Translations under genes and position numbers: made by a program
The notes under the pieces: generated by a model
What the model was told of the DNA's origin: nothing
Seen by the model: only the letters and a program-made list of their open reading frames with translations
The model's database searches: none
Part shown: positions 18,150 through 32,272 of the stretch, one piece after another
Layout of the letters: each line of letters begins with the position of its first letter
How positions within the stretch are numbered: position 1 is the stretch's first letter
Source of the DNA: the human T2T-CHM13v2.0 reference genome, Homo sapiens
Assembly (NCBI RefSeq): GCF_009914755.1
Contig: NC_060946.1
Direction: 5' to 3' (one strand)
DNA length: 64,000 nt

Positions 18150-18760
18150 TTTAAGACTAGAGGCGCACGCATTTCGCACTACTCCTCTGGGAATGGGGAA
18201 CGTCTCCCGAAAACTGTGTGTTAGCACTGGGACAGATGGGCAAACTGAGCGTCATGCAGGTTGGTAACCGGGTCCCTCAGCGGCAGGACAGGAGCGCGGC
18301 CTGCAGACTCCGGGCCCAGGGCCACCGGCCTCGCCTACCCGCTCCTGCGCCTCTAGAACCCGCTTCACTGCCGGGACCCCACGCCTGTCCTCCCAGCCCC
18401 CGCCAGGGTCCGCTGCCCGCACCTGCACTTCAGGCCCTGCCCGCCCGCGATGCGCCCACGCGTCTGCTCCCACAACTAGGGGACACTGGTCCGGCCCCCC
18501 GGGATCCCCCGAGGCCCACGGGTTCCTCTTCGCCCTCGCACCGACCCGCAGGGACATAGAACCAAGCCCCAAGCCGGCCCCGCTACAAGACCGCCTCTGG
18601 GTGACGCACTTCCGGATGAAAATGGCGGAGTGGGCCGGGCGGCGCATGCGCAGAGAGAAAAGCTGGTTCCCAAAGTCCTTGATGGTAACATCATTGGAAA
18701 GTGACACTACATTTCCCATGAGGCTCTGTGGTGCCCGGTTAGGAACCCACGCCGGACATT
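18150..18760. promoter_or_regulatory. CpG-island housekeeping-type promoter, main direction probably minus
   Basis: Only CpG-dense unique stretch in the window; GTGACGCA 18601-18608, ETS ACTTCCGG 18608-18615, YY1 AAAATGGCGG 18619-18628, NRF1 GCGCATGCGCA 18642-18652, ZNF143-type ACTACATTTCCCATGAGGC 18706-18724; minus strand is G-rich over 18300-18600. Confidence 0.8.
18520..18600 (-). ncRNA. Candidate exon 1 of a noncoding transcript (TEKT4P2/MAFIP-paralog-like, unverified)
   Basis: Donor gaggaaccc|GTgggc at 18519; alternative donor gtgcag|GTgcgg at 18422. Short exon 1, ~2.1-kb intron and 59-bp exon 2 match my recollection of that family's 5' structure. Confidence 0.4.
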
Positions 18761-18874
18761 CTGTTTAGTCCAGCAGTTGAGTCCAGTTACCCAGAGACAC
18801 GGACTTAATGAATCAGGACTGGTCCCTACCCAGGTGATACAGATATGGCATTCTGGTTCTTTATTAAATCCTGA

Positions 18875-19250
<376 letters not shown>

Positions 19251-19844
19251 CCTCAAGTCTATTTTTTATAGATGCATTCGAAAGTGTGAAAAAAATCATG
19301 TCTGTATTTTACTTTAAAATTTTAAAAACACAACTAATGAATATGGTAATTCTCTTCCAATCCGTTATCTTTTCTCTCACTTAACTAATTTGTGAGCCTT
19401 CAATTTACACATTTAGAAAATATTTTCTAGTGTTAACAGCGTCATAAGACAGGTGCACTCCATAATCTTTGTGACAACTTACACTTCCAGTGTCTGATAA
19501 ATATTTGCCCGTAAACTCCCACGTTTCATCCATCCATCAATCAATCAAATCTCCCTATCTTTATTTATTTATTGTGAGAAAGACCTGAAATTTGTCTTTC
19601 CTTCCCTGATTTCTGCCACAAACTAGGCAAGGCATTCTGCCTAGGGTTTTCTCAGAACCCCGGCTACCACCGAGGTTCCTAACAGGGAAACGCAGGCTTG
19701 AATGCTCAGGGTTGATGTGAGAGTGAGTGTGAAACGGGGGTGGGGTGAAAGGGCAGTGAACTTTGTAGGTGGGTAGATGGGGGTGTGAAGGGCTTTCAGG
19801 TAAGAGGCACGCATGAAACTGGGAGAGACAGCGAAAGCACCTCA

Positions 19845-20200
19845 GGCCTCAGATCACCAGAAGATGCTCCCACCAGTGCCATGACAGTTTGCCAATGCCA
19901 TGGCAGCACGGGAAGTCCCCAACCCTTGCCATGGAAACAGCTGGAAGTTACTGCCCATTTCTAGCTATTTCTGAATAACCCTCCCCTTAATTAGCATGCC
20001 ATTAAAAGTGAAATATAAAAATGACTGCAAGCCACCCCTAGGCTGCTACTCTGGGAGCACAACCCACGGAGGGCTCCCTGTCCTGCAGGAGCAGAAGCAG
20101 GGCTGTAACACCGCCAGTGCCCCTGTAGAGCTGCTTTCTTCCACCACAGGCTTGCTTTTGGATTCCTTCCTGAGCGATGCCAAGAACCTGCCCTTCCTCA
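19845..20200 (+). mobile_element. MER41-family LTR fragment
   Basis: ctcccaccagtgccatgacagtttgccaatgccatggca, tataaaa, and ttccttcctgagcgatgccaagaacc resemble MER41. Confidence 0.55.
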
Positions 20201-20859
20201 GTGTGACTCTTGCCTAAAACCTATCCCTGGTATTCTCTTTTCCTAAGCATGACCTGACTTGTTCTTTCCTCTCCTCTGATCTTGCAATTGGTCCTCAGTG
20301 ACTCTATTCCGCAGATCCAGAAAACTCAACCTTAATCTTCCCAGAGCCCTGTTTTCTCCAATATTGGAAACTCTAGCCTTGTTTTCTCAGAAGCCTAGAT
20401 TACAGGCCTCTCTCTTGAACACCTATTGGTAAGGTATCTGGGGATCCTTTGAATACACGATGACTGGCAGGGGTTACATAGGGGAAATCAGTGCCTGACA
20501 ATTCGCCTTCCAGGATATGGATTGTCATTCTCTCTCTTTGTGGTCCTCAGTCTCTTATACATAAAAGTAGAGATTGTAATACTCATTTGACTTGCAGATA
20601 CCTCACCCTGAACCCACCTAATATTATGTAAAAGCCAAGAATGCAACCCCTTTCTTCACCCCATGAAGGTAAAGTCCTCAGAGCCAAGGAGAGAAGGCTC
20701 AGGGATGGTACCTGGGTGTTTCCAACACTAACCATGTTTTTAGTGTTCAAGTTTAAGCTTCTTATGTTAAAGTTACCCCAGCTTTAATTCTATTGTAACA
20801 AGATTTATTTTTGTAATTCCATTTTTGGATTCTTGATTTCTTGGTAAAGAAATACAGTT

Positions 20860-21045
20860 ATTTTTGTATACCAATCTTACATAGTGTTACATTCCTAAAT
20901 TTGTTAATGAGTCCTACCACTTTTTAGTAAATTTCTTATGATTTTCTAAATGCAAGATCATGTCATCTGTACATAAAGATAACTGTACTTCTTCCTTTTT
21001 AATCTAGATGCCGTTTATTTATTTACATTGCCAAGTTGTCCCAGC
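20860..21045 (-). mobile_element. Old L1 ORF2 fragment
   Basis: aagatcatgtcatctg is the reverse of the L1 RT ADDMI coding region. Confidence 0.6.
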
Positions 21046-21160
21046 TACCAGTTATCAAGTAAAAGGGTCTCACTGCCCAGAGCACTAGAAGCCGGTACCA
21101 CGACACTGAGTTTTTGAGAAAAGAAAAACTTTAAAGTCAAACCAAACCCTATGGGATACA

Positions 21161-21540
<380 letters not shown>

Positions 21541-21906
21541 CTACATCAAAAAAAGTAGAAAAACTTCAAATAAACAACCTAATAATGCATCTTAAATAAT
21601 TAGAAAAGCAAGAGCAAACCAAAACCAAAATTAGTAGAAGGAAACATAGCAAAGATCAGAGCAGAAATAAATGAAATTGAAATTGAAAAATATAAAATAT
21701 CAATGAAATGAAAAGTTAATATTTTTTAAAAGATCAACAAAATCAACAAACATTTAGCCAGACTAAGAGAAAAGAGAGAAGACTCAAATACATAAAACCA
21801 GAGATTAAAAAGGAGACACTACAACTGATACTGCAGAAATTCAAAGAATCATTAGAAACTACTATGACCAACTATATTCCAGTAAATTGAAAAACCTGCA
21901 AGTAAT

Positions 21907-22191
21907 GGCCAGGCACCGTGGCCCATGCCTGTAATCCCAACACTTTGAGAGGACAAGGCAGGTGATCATCTGAGGTCAGGAGTTCAAGACCAGCCTGGCC
22001 AACATGGTGAAACCCCATCTCTACTAAAAATACAAAAATTAGCCAGGCATGGTGGTGTGCACCTCTACTCCCAGCTACTCCTGAGGCTGAGGCAGGAGAA
22101 TCACTTGAACATGGGAGGCAGAAGTTGCAGTGAGCTGAGATTGTATCAAGCTCCATCCTGGGTGACAGAGAAAGACTCCATCTCAAAAAAA

Positions 22192-22223
<32 letters not shown>

Positions 22224-22257
22224 AAACCCACAAAAAACCAAAAACAACCAAAAAACA
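21907..22257 (+). mobile_element. AluS with long A/C-rich tail
   Basis: Alu within L1; degenerate TSD aaacctgcaagtaat / aaacctagaagaaat. Confidence 0.92.
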
Positions 22258-23620
22258 AACCTAGAAGAAATGGATAAATGAGATTGAACCCATAATAAAA
22301 CAACTCCTAGCAAAGAAAAGCCTGGATCCAATGGCTTCACTGATTAATTTTACCAAACATCGAAGGAAGAATTACTATCAATCCTACCCAAACTATTCCA
22401 AAAAACAAAGAAGGCTGTAGTATTTCCATACTCTTTCTATGAAAAAGACCATTCATCATGTCTAAGTGGGATTTACCTCAAGAATGCCAACATGGTTCAA
22501 CATATGCAAATCAATCAATGTGACACATCATATCAACAGAATGAAGGACAAAAACCATATGGTAATTTCAATTGATGCTGAAAAGCATTTAATAAAATCC
22601 AACATCCCTGTGATACAAATAAACCCTAAAAAAAGCTAGATTTAGAAGGAACATACCACAACACAATAAAAACCATATGCAACAGACCAACAGCCAGTAT
22701 CATCCTGAACAGAGATAACCTGAAAGCCTTTCTTCTAAGATCTGGAACAAGGCAAGAATGTCCACTTCCAACACTGTTACTCAACATAGTACTGGAAGTC
22801 CTAGCTAAAGCAATACAGAAAAGTGAAAAACAATAAAGGGCATCCAAATTGAAAGAAGTAAAATTATTATTGTTTTCTTGTTTGCAGGTGATTTGATCTT
22901 ATATTTGGAAGAACCTAAGGACTCCACCAAAAAGCTATTAGAACTGATTAACAAATTCAGAGTCACACGATACAAAATCAAAATACAAAACTCAGTAGCA
23001 TTTCTAAATGCCAAAAATGAACAATCTAAAGCAGAAAATAAAGTACATACTCCCATTTACAATACCTACAAATAAAATAAAATATCTAGGAATAAATGTA
23101 ACAAAAGAAGTGAAAGATCTCTACGATGAAAACTATAGAACACCAATGCAAAAAAATTAAAGAAGACACCAAAAAAATGGAAAGATAGTCCATGTTCATT
23201 GAATGGAAGAGTAAATATTGTTAAAATACACATACTTCACAAAGCAATCTACAGATTCAATGCAATCCCTATTGAAATACTAATAACATTCTTCACAGAA
23301 ACAGAAAAAAAATCCTAAAATTTATATGAAATCATAAAAGACCCAGAATACCCAAAGCCATCCTTAGCAAAAAGAACAAAACTGGAAGAATCACATCACC
23401 TGACGTTAAATTATACTACAGGGCAATTGTAAACAAAGCAGCATGATACTGGCATAAAACAGACACATAGACCAATGGAACAGAATAGAGAAACCAGAAA
23501 TAAATCCTTACATTTACAAATAACTCATTTTCAATGAAGATTCCAAGAATATACATGGGGGAGAGGACAGTCTCTTCAACAAATTGTGCTGGGAAAACTA
23601 GATATTCATTGGCAGAATAA

Positions 23621-23879
23621 TTTTTTTTTTTGAGATGGAGTCTAGCTCTGTTGCTCAGGCTGCAGTGCAGTGGCACGATCTGGGCTCACTGCAAGCTCCA
23701 CCTCCCTGGTTCACACCATTCTCCTCCTCAGCCTCCCAAGTAGCTGGGAGTACAGGTGCCCCCACCACACCCAGCTAATTTTTTTTTTGTATTTTTAGTA
23801 GAGACGGAGTTTCACTGTGTTAGCCAGGATGGTCTCGATATCCTGCCCTCATGATCTGCCCACCTCAGCCTCCCAAAGT
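23621..23879 (-). mobile_element. 5'-truncated AluY-like SINE
   Basis: TSD tcattggcagaataat on both sides. Confidence 0.92.
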
Positions 23880-24306
23880 CATTGGCAGAATAATTAAACT
23901 AGAACCCTCTCTTGCGCTATATACAAAAATCAAATCCAAATGGGTTAAAGACTTAAATCAAGGACAAGAAACTAGTGAAAGAAAACATTAGGGAAACTCT
24001 CCAGAAAATTGGTCTGGGCAAAGATTTCTTGAGTAATACCCCAAAAGCCCAGTCAACCAAAGCAGAAATGAACAAATGGTATCACATGAAGTTCAAAAGT
24101 TTCTGCATAGTAAAGAAAACAATGGACAAAGTGAAAAGACAATCCACAGAATGGAAGAAAATATTTGCAAACTATATATCTGACAAGGGATTAATAACCA
24201 GAATATATAAGGAGTTCAAACAACTCTATAAGAAAAAAAAACTAATAATCCAATTATTTAAATGGGCAAAAAATCTGAACAGACATTTCTCAAAAGAAGG
24301 CACACA

Positions 24307-24580
24307 GGTCAGGCGCGGTGGCTCTCACCTGTAATTCCAGCATTTTGGGGAGCCAAGACAGGTGGACCACTTGAGCCCAGGAGTTCAAGACCAACCTGAA
24401 AAACATAGCAAATAATTTTAAAAACTATCTGGGCATGGTGATGCATGCCTGTGGTCCCAGCTACTCAGGAGGCTGAGGTGGGAGGATTGCTTGAACCCTG
24501 GTAGTCAAAACTACAGTAAGCCATCATCATACCACTGCACTCCAGCCTGGGTGACAGAGTGAGACCCTGTCTCAAAAAAT
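24307..24580 (+). mobile_element. AluJ-like SINE
   Basis: AluJ diagnostics (cttgagcccaggag, gagaccctgtctc). Confidence 0.88.
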
Positions 24581-25263
24581 GAGCAAAAACAAAAAAGAAG
24601 ATATATAAATGTCAAATAGGTATATGAAACGGTGCTCAATATAATTGATCATCAGAGCATTTCAAATCAAAACTACAATAAGATATCATCTTACCCCCAT
24701 TAAAATGGCTTTTATGCAAAAGAGAGGCAATAACAAATGCTTGCAAGAATGTGGGGAAAAGTGAACCCTCTTACTCTGTTGGTGGGAATGTAAATTAGTA
24801 CATTCACTATGGAGAACAATATGGAGGTCCCTCAAAAAATTAAAAATAGAACTATCATATGATACAGCAATCCTGCAATGCAGCAACCCAGCAATGCTGG
24901 GTATATACCCAAGGGAGGGAAAATTAGTATATCAAAGAGTTATCTGCATTCCCATATTTATTTCAGCACTATTCATAATAGCCAAGATTTGGAAGCAACC
25001 TAAGTGTGCATCAACAGATGAAGGGATAAAGAAAATGTAGTACATGTACACAATGGAGTACTCTTCGGCCATGAAAAAGAATAAGATTCTGTCATCTGCA
25101 ACAACGTGGATGGAACTAGGGGACATTATGTTAAGTACAATGAGCCAGGCACAGAAAGACTTTGCATGTTCTCACACATTTGTGGGAGCTAAAAATTAAA
25201 ACAATTGAACTCATCAAGATAGAGAGTAGACTGAGAGTTTCCAGAGGTTGGGAAGAGTAGCGG

Positions 25264-25795
25264 TGTTACGGGATCTTTGGAGTGTCACTTTTCTGGACAG
25301 AAAACTCTATGGCTGGTGGCACCTTTACCTGAGTTTTGCTTGGGCCCCGCCCACTCAGCCTGGCAGGCTGTGCTCAGCTCATGCTACCAGGTTGGATCCC
25401 ATGTTTGCCAAGGGAGACTGCGCGGAGTGGCAAGGGGTGTGTGAGCAAGCATGGGGTCTGGCCACTGTGCAGTCAGACTTCCTGGCTGCTGCAGTGGAGC
25501 AGGTAACTCCAGGTGCCAACATGGGTACCAGCTCTCCACAAGTCTGTGGCTGGACCACGGGCACCGCAAGCAGCTTCCACAGCTGGCACACTGGGAACAC
25601 AGTGGCACCCAGAAGCTTGGAGATACCAGGAACCACAGGGCCCCAAAGAGGGAATCACAGCCCTGGCTCGGGGAGCTCCCAGGTCTGGGCTTCCCAAAGG
25701 GTCACAGCTCTTCTTTCCTTCTCTTTGCCCACAATGTGGCTAGCAAGGGGCATGTCTCAGCCCTGTTTGTGTTACAGCTCTTTCAGCCTCTTCCC
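25264..25795 (-). mobile_element. MER52-family LTR, 3' part only
   Basis: Reverse complement of ...gatcccgtaaCA; homologous to about 2690-3230 (same DLGAP-ARAV-PSLG peptide in the ORF track). Confidence 0.8.
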
Positions 25796-26975
25796 TAGGA
25801 TTTGTCATAATTAATTCTCATATTGTCTTATTTTTTTACATGTGTTTCAACTTCAGAAGATGCATGGATCTAAACACAACATGATGTGTTAGCTAGCTGC
25901 CATATGAATTTCTCCCTGTTTCACCACTATGTAGCCTAAAGTTATTCCATCATCCATGACTATCCTGGCTAAAGAGTCTAAAGATCTTTGTTTGGTAGCT
26001 ATGGCTTCAGCTAGTTCATTTGCTAAGTTACCTAGAGTGGTTGGTTGACAGATTTCTAATTATACGTTCATGAGAGGTTACTCCCCACCATTGCAAGTGA
26101 CTTCTGCCAAACATAGGCCAAAATTCATCTCCTTGGTGTGCAGGTAAGGTTTGTCTAATCCTGGAAAGTAATTTCGATGAATTACTTCAGTGTTCAGAAA
26201 CATTGGAGTTATAAATAGAAAGAGGAAGAGTCACATAACCTAATAGACAATTACTTCTCATATGCCAGCAGTCAACACATTCATAAGCCCATGGGTGGTT
26301 GATCCAGGGACCACACAGTGTCCCTGACAGATTCTGAAAGTTAAGGCTTTGGTTTACTGGTAACAGAGACAGGTTAAAGTACATGTCTTCAGTCTTGAGT
26401 AGAGTGTAATCAGTCTCATTTTTTTTTTAATGAGACAAACATCAAGTAAAGACCTTGACAAGAAGGAAGAGAAATCCCGAGATTCTATAATCATAATAAT
26501 CGAATTGTAATTGCTAGTTTAAGTAGTCCTTCAAAAAATACATCTCATTCCTGACAGGATAAAAGAAGTTTTTAAAAATATATTATATTCAGATTCACTA
26601 GGGAACACTTGGATCCAGGAAATAATTCAGGATTCAGCCCAAATTATAGGCAAATAATAAAAACTCTAAAACAATGATCAGGGTTGGAATCTAATAGCAT
26701 ATGTCATAGTTTTCTTTTGGAACAAAAATTTTCTCTAGTCCATCATTTTATCAAAGACAAATCATAGTAGGACCAATTTTGTATGCAAAATAAGTTTTAG
26801 TCTTATCATACCTGGCCTGATTATTTCCATAAAGTGCAGCAAGAATATTTATTGGCCATACAGGCTTCTTAAAATTGGCTTTGTTGGAAATTTGAAATAA
26901 GGAATCTTAGACTTTTAAGAGCCTTGACGCTAGCCAAGTCAAAGATTTGCATCAGACTGTGTCTGTAATACTTTT

Positions 26976-29900
26976 TTAACCTACTTTTTAAAATTATACT
27001 TTAAGTTCTGGGGTACATGTGCCGAAAGTGCAGGTTTGTTACATAGGTATATATATTCTGTGGTGGTTTGCTGCACTCATCAACCCATTACCTATATTAG
27101 ACATTTCTCCTAATGCTATTCCTCCCCCTTCCCCCACCCCCCAACAGGCCCCAGTGTGTGATGTTCCCCTCCCTGTGACCATGTGTTCTCATTGTTCAAC
27201 TCCCACTTATGAGTGAGAACATGTGGTGTTTGGTTTTCTGTTCTTGTGTTAGTTTGCCGAGAATGATGGTTTCCAGCTTCTTCCATGTCCCTGCAAAGGA
27301 CATGAACTCATCCTTTTTTATGGCTGCATAGTATTCCATGGTGTATATGTGCCACATTTTCTTTATTCAGTCTATCATTGATGGGCATTTGGGTTGGTTC
27401 CAAGTCTTTGTTATTGTGAACAGTCCTGCAATAAACATACATGTGCATGTGTCTTTATAGTAGAATGATTTATAATCCTTTGGGTATATATCCAGTAATG
27501 GGATTGCTGGGCCAAATGGTATTTCTAGTTCTAGATCCTTGAGGAATAGCCACACTGTCTTCCACAATGGTTGAACTAATTTACACTCCCACCAACAGTG
27601 TAAAAGCCTTCCTATTTCTCCACACCCTCTTCAGTACCTGTTGTTTCCTGACTCTTTAATGATCGCCACTCTAACTGGCATGAGATGGTATCTCATTGTG
27701 GTTTTGATTTGCATTTCTCTAATGACTAGTGATGTTGAGCTTTTTTTTTCATAAGTTTGTTGGTTGCATAATTGTCCTCTTTTGAGAAGTGTCTGTTCAC
27801 ATCCTTCGCCCACTTTTCAATGGGGTTGTTTTATCTTGTAAATTTGTTTAAGTTCTTTGTAGATTCTGGATATTAGCCCTTTGTCAGATGGATAGATTGC
27901 AAAAATTTTCTCCCATTTTGTAGGTTGCCCATTCATTCTGATAGTTTCTTTTTCTGTCCAGAAGCTCTTTAGTTTAATTAGGTCCCATTTGTCAATTTTG
28001 GCTTTTGTTGCCTTTGTTTTTGGTGTTTTAGTCAGGAAGTCTTTGCCCATGCTTATGTCCTGAATGGTATTGCCTAGGTTTTCCTCTACGGTTTTTATGG
28101 CTTTAGGTCTTATGTTTAAGTCTTTAACCCATCTTGAGTTAATTTTTGTATAAGGTGTAAGGAAAGGATCCAGTTTCAGCTTTCTGCCTATGGCTAGCCA
28201 GTTTTCCCAACACCATTTATTAAATAGGGAATCCTTTCCCCAGTGATTGTTTTTCTGAGGTTTGTCAAAGATCAGATGGCTGTAGATGTGTGGTGTTAAT
28301 TCTGAGGCCTCTGTTCTGTTCCTTTGATCTATATATTTGTTTTGGTAACAGCACCATGCTGTTTTGGTTACTGTAGCTTGTAGTATATTTTGAAGTCAGG
28401 TACCATGATGCTTCCAGCTTTGTTCTTTTTGGTTAGGATTATCTTGGCTATTCGGGCTCTTTTTTGATTCCATATGAAATTTAAAGTATATTTTTCCAAT
28501 TCCGTGGAGAAAGTCAATGGTAGTTTAATGGGGATAGCAGTGAATCTATAAATTACTTTGGGCAGTATGGCCACTTTCATGATACTGATTCTTCCTATCT
28601 ATGAGCATGGAATGATTTTCCATTTGTTTGTGTCCTCTCTTATTTCCTTGAGGAGTGGTTTGTAGTTCTCCTTGAAGAGGTCCTTCACATCCTTGTCAGT
28701 TGCATTCCTAGGTATTTCATTCTTTTTATAGCAATGGTGAATGGGAGTTCACTCACAGTTTGGCTCTCTGTTTGTCTGTTATTGCTGTATAGGAATGCTT
28801 GTGATTTTTGCACATTGATTTTGTATCCTGAAACTTTGCTGAAGTTGCTTATCAGCTTAAGGAGATTTTGGGTGGAGATGATGGGGTTTTCTAAATATAC
28901 AATCATGTCATCTGCAAACAGAGACCATTTGACTTCCTCTTTTCCTAATTGAATACCCTTTATTTCTTTCTCTTGCCTGATTGCCCTGGCCAGAACTTCC
29001 AATACTATGTTGAATAGGAGTAGTGAGAGAGGGCATCCTTGTCTTGTGCTGATTTTCAAAGGGAATGCTTCCAGTTTTTGCACATTCAGTATGTTATTGG
29101 CTGTGGGCTTGTCATAAATAGCACTTACTATTTTGAGATATGTTCCATCAATACCAGTTTATTGAGAGTTTTTAGCATGAAGGGCTGTTGAAATTTGTCA
29201 AAGGCCCTTTCTGCATCTATTGAGATAATCATGCAGTTTTTGTCATTTGTTCCCTTTATGTGATGGATTACATTTATTGATTTGCATATGTTGAACCATC
29301 CTTGCATCCCAGGGGTGAAGCTGACTTGATCATGGTGGACAAGCTTTTTGATGTGCTGCTGGATTCAGTTTTCCAGTATTTTATCCAGGATTTCTGCATC
29401 GATGCTCATCAGGGATATTGGCCTAAAATTTTCTTTTTTTTGTTGTGTCCCTGTGAGGTTTTGGTATCAAGGTGATGCTGACCTCATAAAGTGAGTTAGG
29501 GAGGATTCTCTCTTTTTCTATTGTTTGGAATAGTTTCAGAAGGAATGGTACCAGCTCCTCTTTGTACCTCTCATAGAATTCGGCTGTGAATCCGTCTGGT
29601 CCTGGAATTTTTTTGGTTGGTAGGCTATAATTAATGCCTCATTTTCAGAACTTGTTATCGGTCTATTCAGGAATTTCACTTCTTCCTTGTTTAGTCTTTG
29701 TAGTATTCTCTGATGATAATTTGTATTTCTGTGGGATCAGTGGTGATATCCCCTTAATCATGTTTTATTGCATCTATTTGATTCTTCTCTCTTTTCTTCT
29801 TTATTAGTCTGGCTAGTGGTCTGTTTTGTTGATGTTTTCAAAAAACCAGCTCCTGGATTCATTGATTTTTTGAAGGGTTTTTCATGTCTCTATCTCCTTC

Positions 29901-32272
29901 AATTCTGCTCTGATCTTATTTGTGTCTTGTCTCCTGTTAGCTTTTGAATTTGTTTGTTCTTGCTTCTCTAGTTCTTTTAATTTTGATGTTAAGGTGTCAA
30001 TTTTAGATCTTTCCTGCTTTCTCTTGTGGACATTTAGTGCTATAAATTTTCCCTCTACACACTGCTTTAAATGTGTCCCAGAGATTCTGGGACGTTGTGT
30101 CTTTGTTTTCATTGGTTTTGAAGAACATCTTTATTTCTGCCTTCATTTAGTTATTTACCCAGTAGTCATTCAGGAGCAGGTCACCCAGTTTCCATGTAGT
30201 TGTGAGGTTTTGAGTGAGTTTCTAAATCCTGCATACTAATTTGAATGCATTGTGGTCTGAGAGACTGTTTGTTATGATTTCAATTCTTTTGCATTTCCTG
30301 AGGAGAGTTTTACTTCCAATTATGTGGTCAATTTTAGAATAAGTGCAATGTGGTGCTGAGAAGAAGGTATATTCTGTTGATTTGCGGTGGAGAGTTCTGT
30401 AGAGATCTTTTAGGTCCACTTGGTCCAGAACTGAGTTCAAGTCCTGGATATTATTGTTAATTTTCTGTCTCATTGATCTAATATTGAGAGTGGAGTGTTA
30501 AAGTCTCCCACTATTATTGTGTGGGAGTCTAAGTCTCTTTGTAGGTCTTTAAGAACTTGCTTTATGAATGTGAGTGCTCCTGTATTGGGTGCATATATGT
30601 CTAGGATAGTTAGCTCTTCTTGTTGCATTGATCCCTTTACCATTATGTAACGCCTTCTTTGTCTCTTTTGATCTTTGTTGGCTTAAGATCTGTTTTATCA
30701 GAAGCTAGGATTGCAACCCCTGCCTTTTGTTGCTTTCCACTTGCTTGGTAAATGTTCCTCCATCCCTTTATTTTGAGCCTATGTGTATGAGATGGGTCTC
30801 CTGAGTACAGCACATTGATGGGTCTTGACTCTTTATCCAATTTGCCAGTCTGTGTCTTTCAATTGGGGGCATTTAGCTCATTTACATTTAAGGTTAATAT
30901 TGTTATGTATGAATTTGATCCTGTCATTATGATACTAGCTGGTTATTTTGCTCATTAGTTGATGCAATTTTTTCATAGTGTCAATGGTCTTTATAATTTG
31001 GTATGTTTTTGCAGTGGCTGTTACCAGTTGTTCCTTTCCGTGTTTAGTGCTTCCTTCAGAAGCTCTTGTAAGGCAGGCCTGGTGGTGACAATATCTCTCA
31101 GCATTTGCTTGTAAAAGATTTTATTTCTCCTTCAATTATGAAGCTTAGTTTGGCTCGATATGAAATTCTGGCTTGAAAATTCTTTTCTTTAGGAATGTTG
31201 TATATTGGCCCCCACTGTCTTCTGGCTTGTAGGCTTTCTGCCAAGAGATCCACTGTTAGTCTGATAGGCTTCCCTTTGTGGGTAACTCAACCTTTCTCTC
31301 TGGCTGCCCTTAATATTTTTTCCTTCATTTCAACCTTGGTGAATCTGATGATTTTGTGTCTTGGGGTTGCTCTTCTTCAGGAGTATCTTAGTGGTGTTCT
31401 CTGTATTTCCTGAATTTGAATGTTGGCCTGTCTTGCTAGGTTGGGGAAGTTCTCCTGGATAATATAGTTGAGAGTGTTTTCCAACTTGGTTCCATTCTCT
31501 CTGTCACTTTCAAGTACACGAATCAAACATAGATTCAGTCTTTTAACATAGTCCTCTATTTCTTGGAGGCTTTGTTCATTTCTTTCACTCTTTTTTCTCT
31601 AATCTTGTCTTCTTGCTTTATTTCATTGAGTTGATCTTCAATCTCTGATATCCTTTCTCCTGCTTGATTGATTCAGCTATTGATACTTGTGTATGCTTCA
31701 TTAAGTTCCTTTGCTCGGTTTTTCAGCTCCATCAGGTCATTTATATTCTTCTCTAAACCGGTTATTCTAGTTTACAATTCGTTCTACCTTTTTTTTTCAG
31801 GCTCTTAGCTTCCTTGCATTGGGTTAGAACATGCTCCTTTAGCTCGGAGGAGTTTGTTATTACCCGCCTTCTGAAGCCTACTTCTGTCAATTCATCAAAC
31901 TCATTGTCTGTCCAGTTTTGTTCTCTTGCTGGTGGGGAGTTGTGATCTTCTGGAGGAGAAGAGGCATTCTGGCTTTTGGAGTTTTCAGCCTTTTTGCACT
32001 GGTTTCTCCCCATCTTTGTGGATTTATTTATCTTTGTTCTTTGATGTTGGTGATGTTGAGACTATTCCTTTCTGTTTGTTAGTTTTCCTTCTAACAGTCA
32101 GGTCCCTCTGCTGCAGGTTTGCTTGAGATGCTGGAGGTCCACTCCAGACCCTGTTTGCATGGGTATCACCAGTGGAGGCTGTTGGAAATGCATGAACCAC
32201 CTGCCTTCTGTGTTGATCTCATTGGGTGCTGCAGGCCGGAACTGTTCCTTTTCAGACATCTTGCCAGCCCTC
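26976..32272 (-). mobile_element. L1PA7/8-like LINE with an internal 5'UTR deletion
   Basis: 3'UTR near 27000, ORF2/ORF1 fragments (LFADD; MGRNQCKKAENSK), 5' end gagggctggcaagatg; 13-bp TSD ctgtaatactttt at 26963-26975 and 32273-32285. Confidence 0.92.

Noticed and set aside
18218-18719. 113-aa and 155-aa ORFs in the CpG island
   Set aside because: They are low-complexity, open on both strands, and cross the promoter motifs and splice donors.
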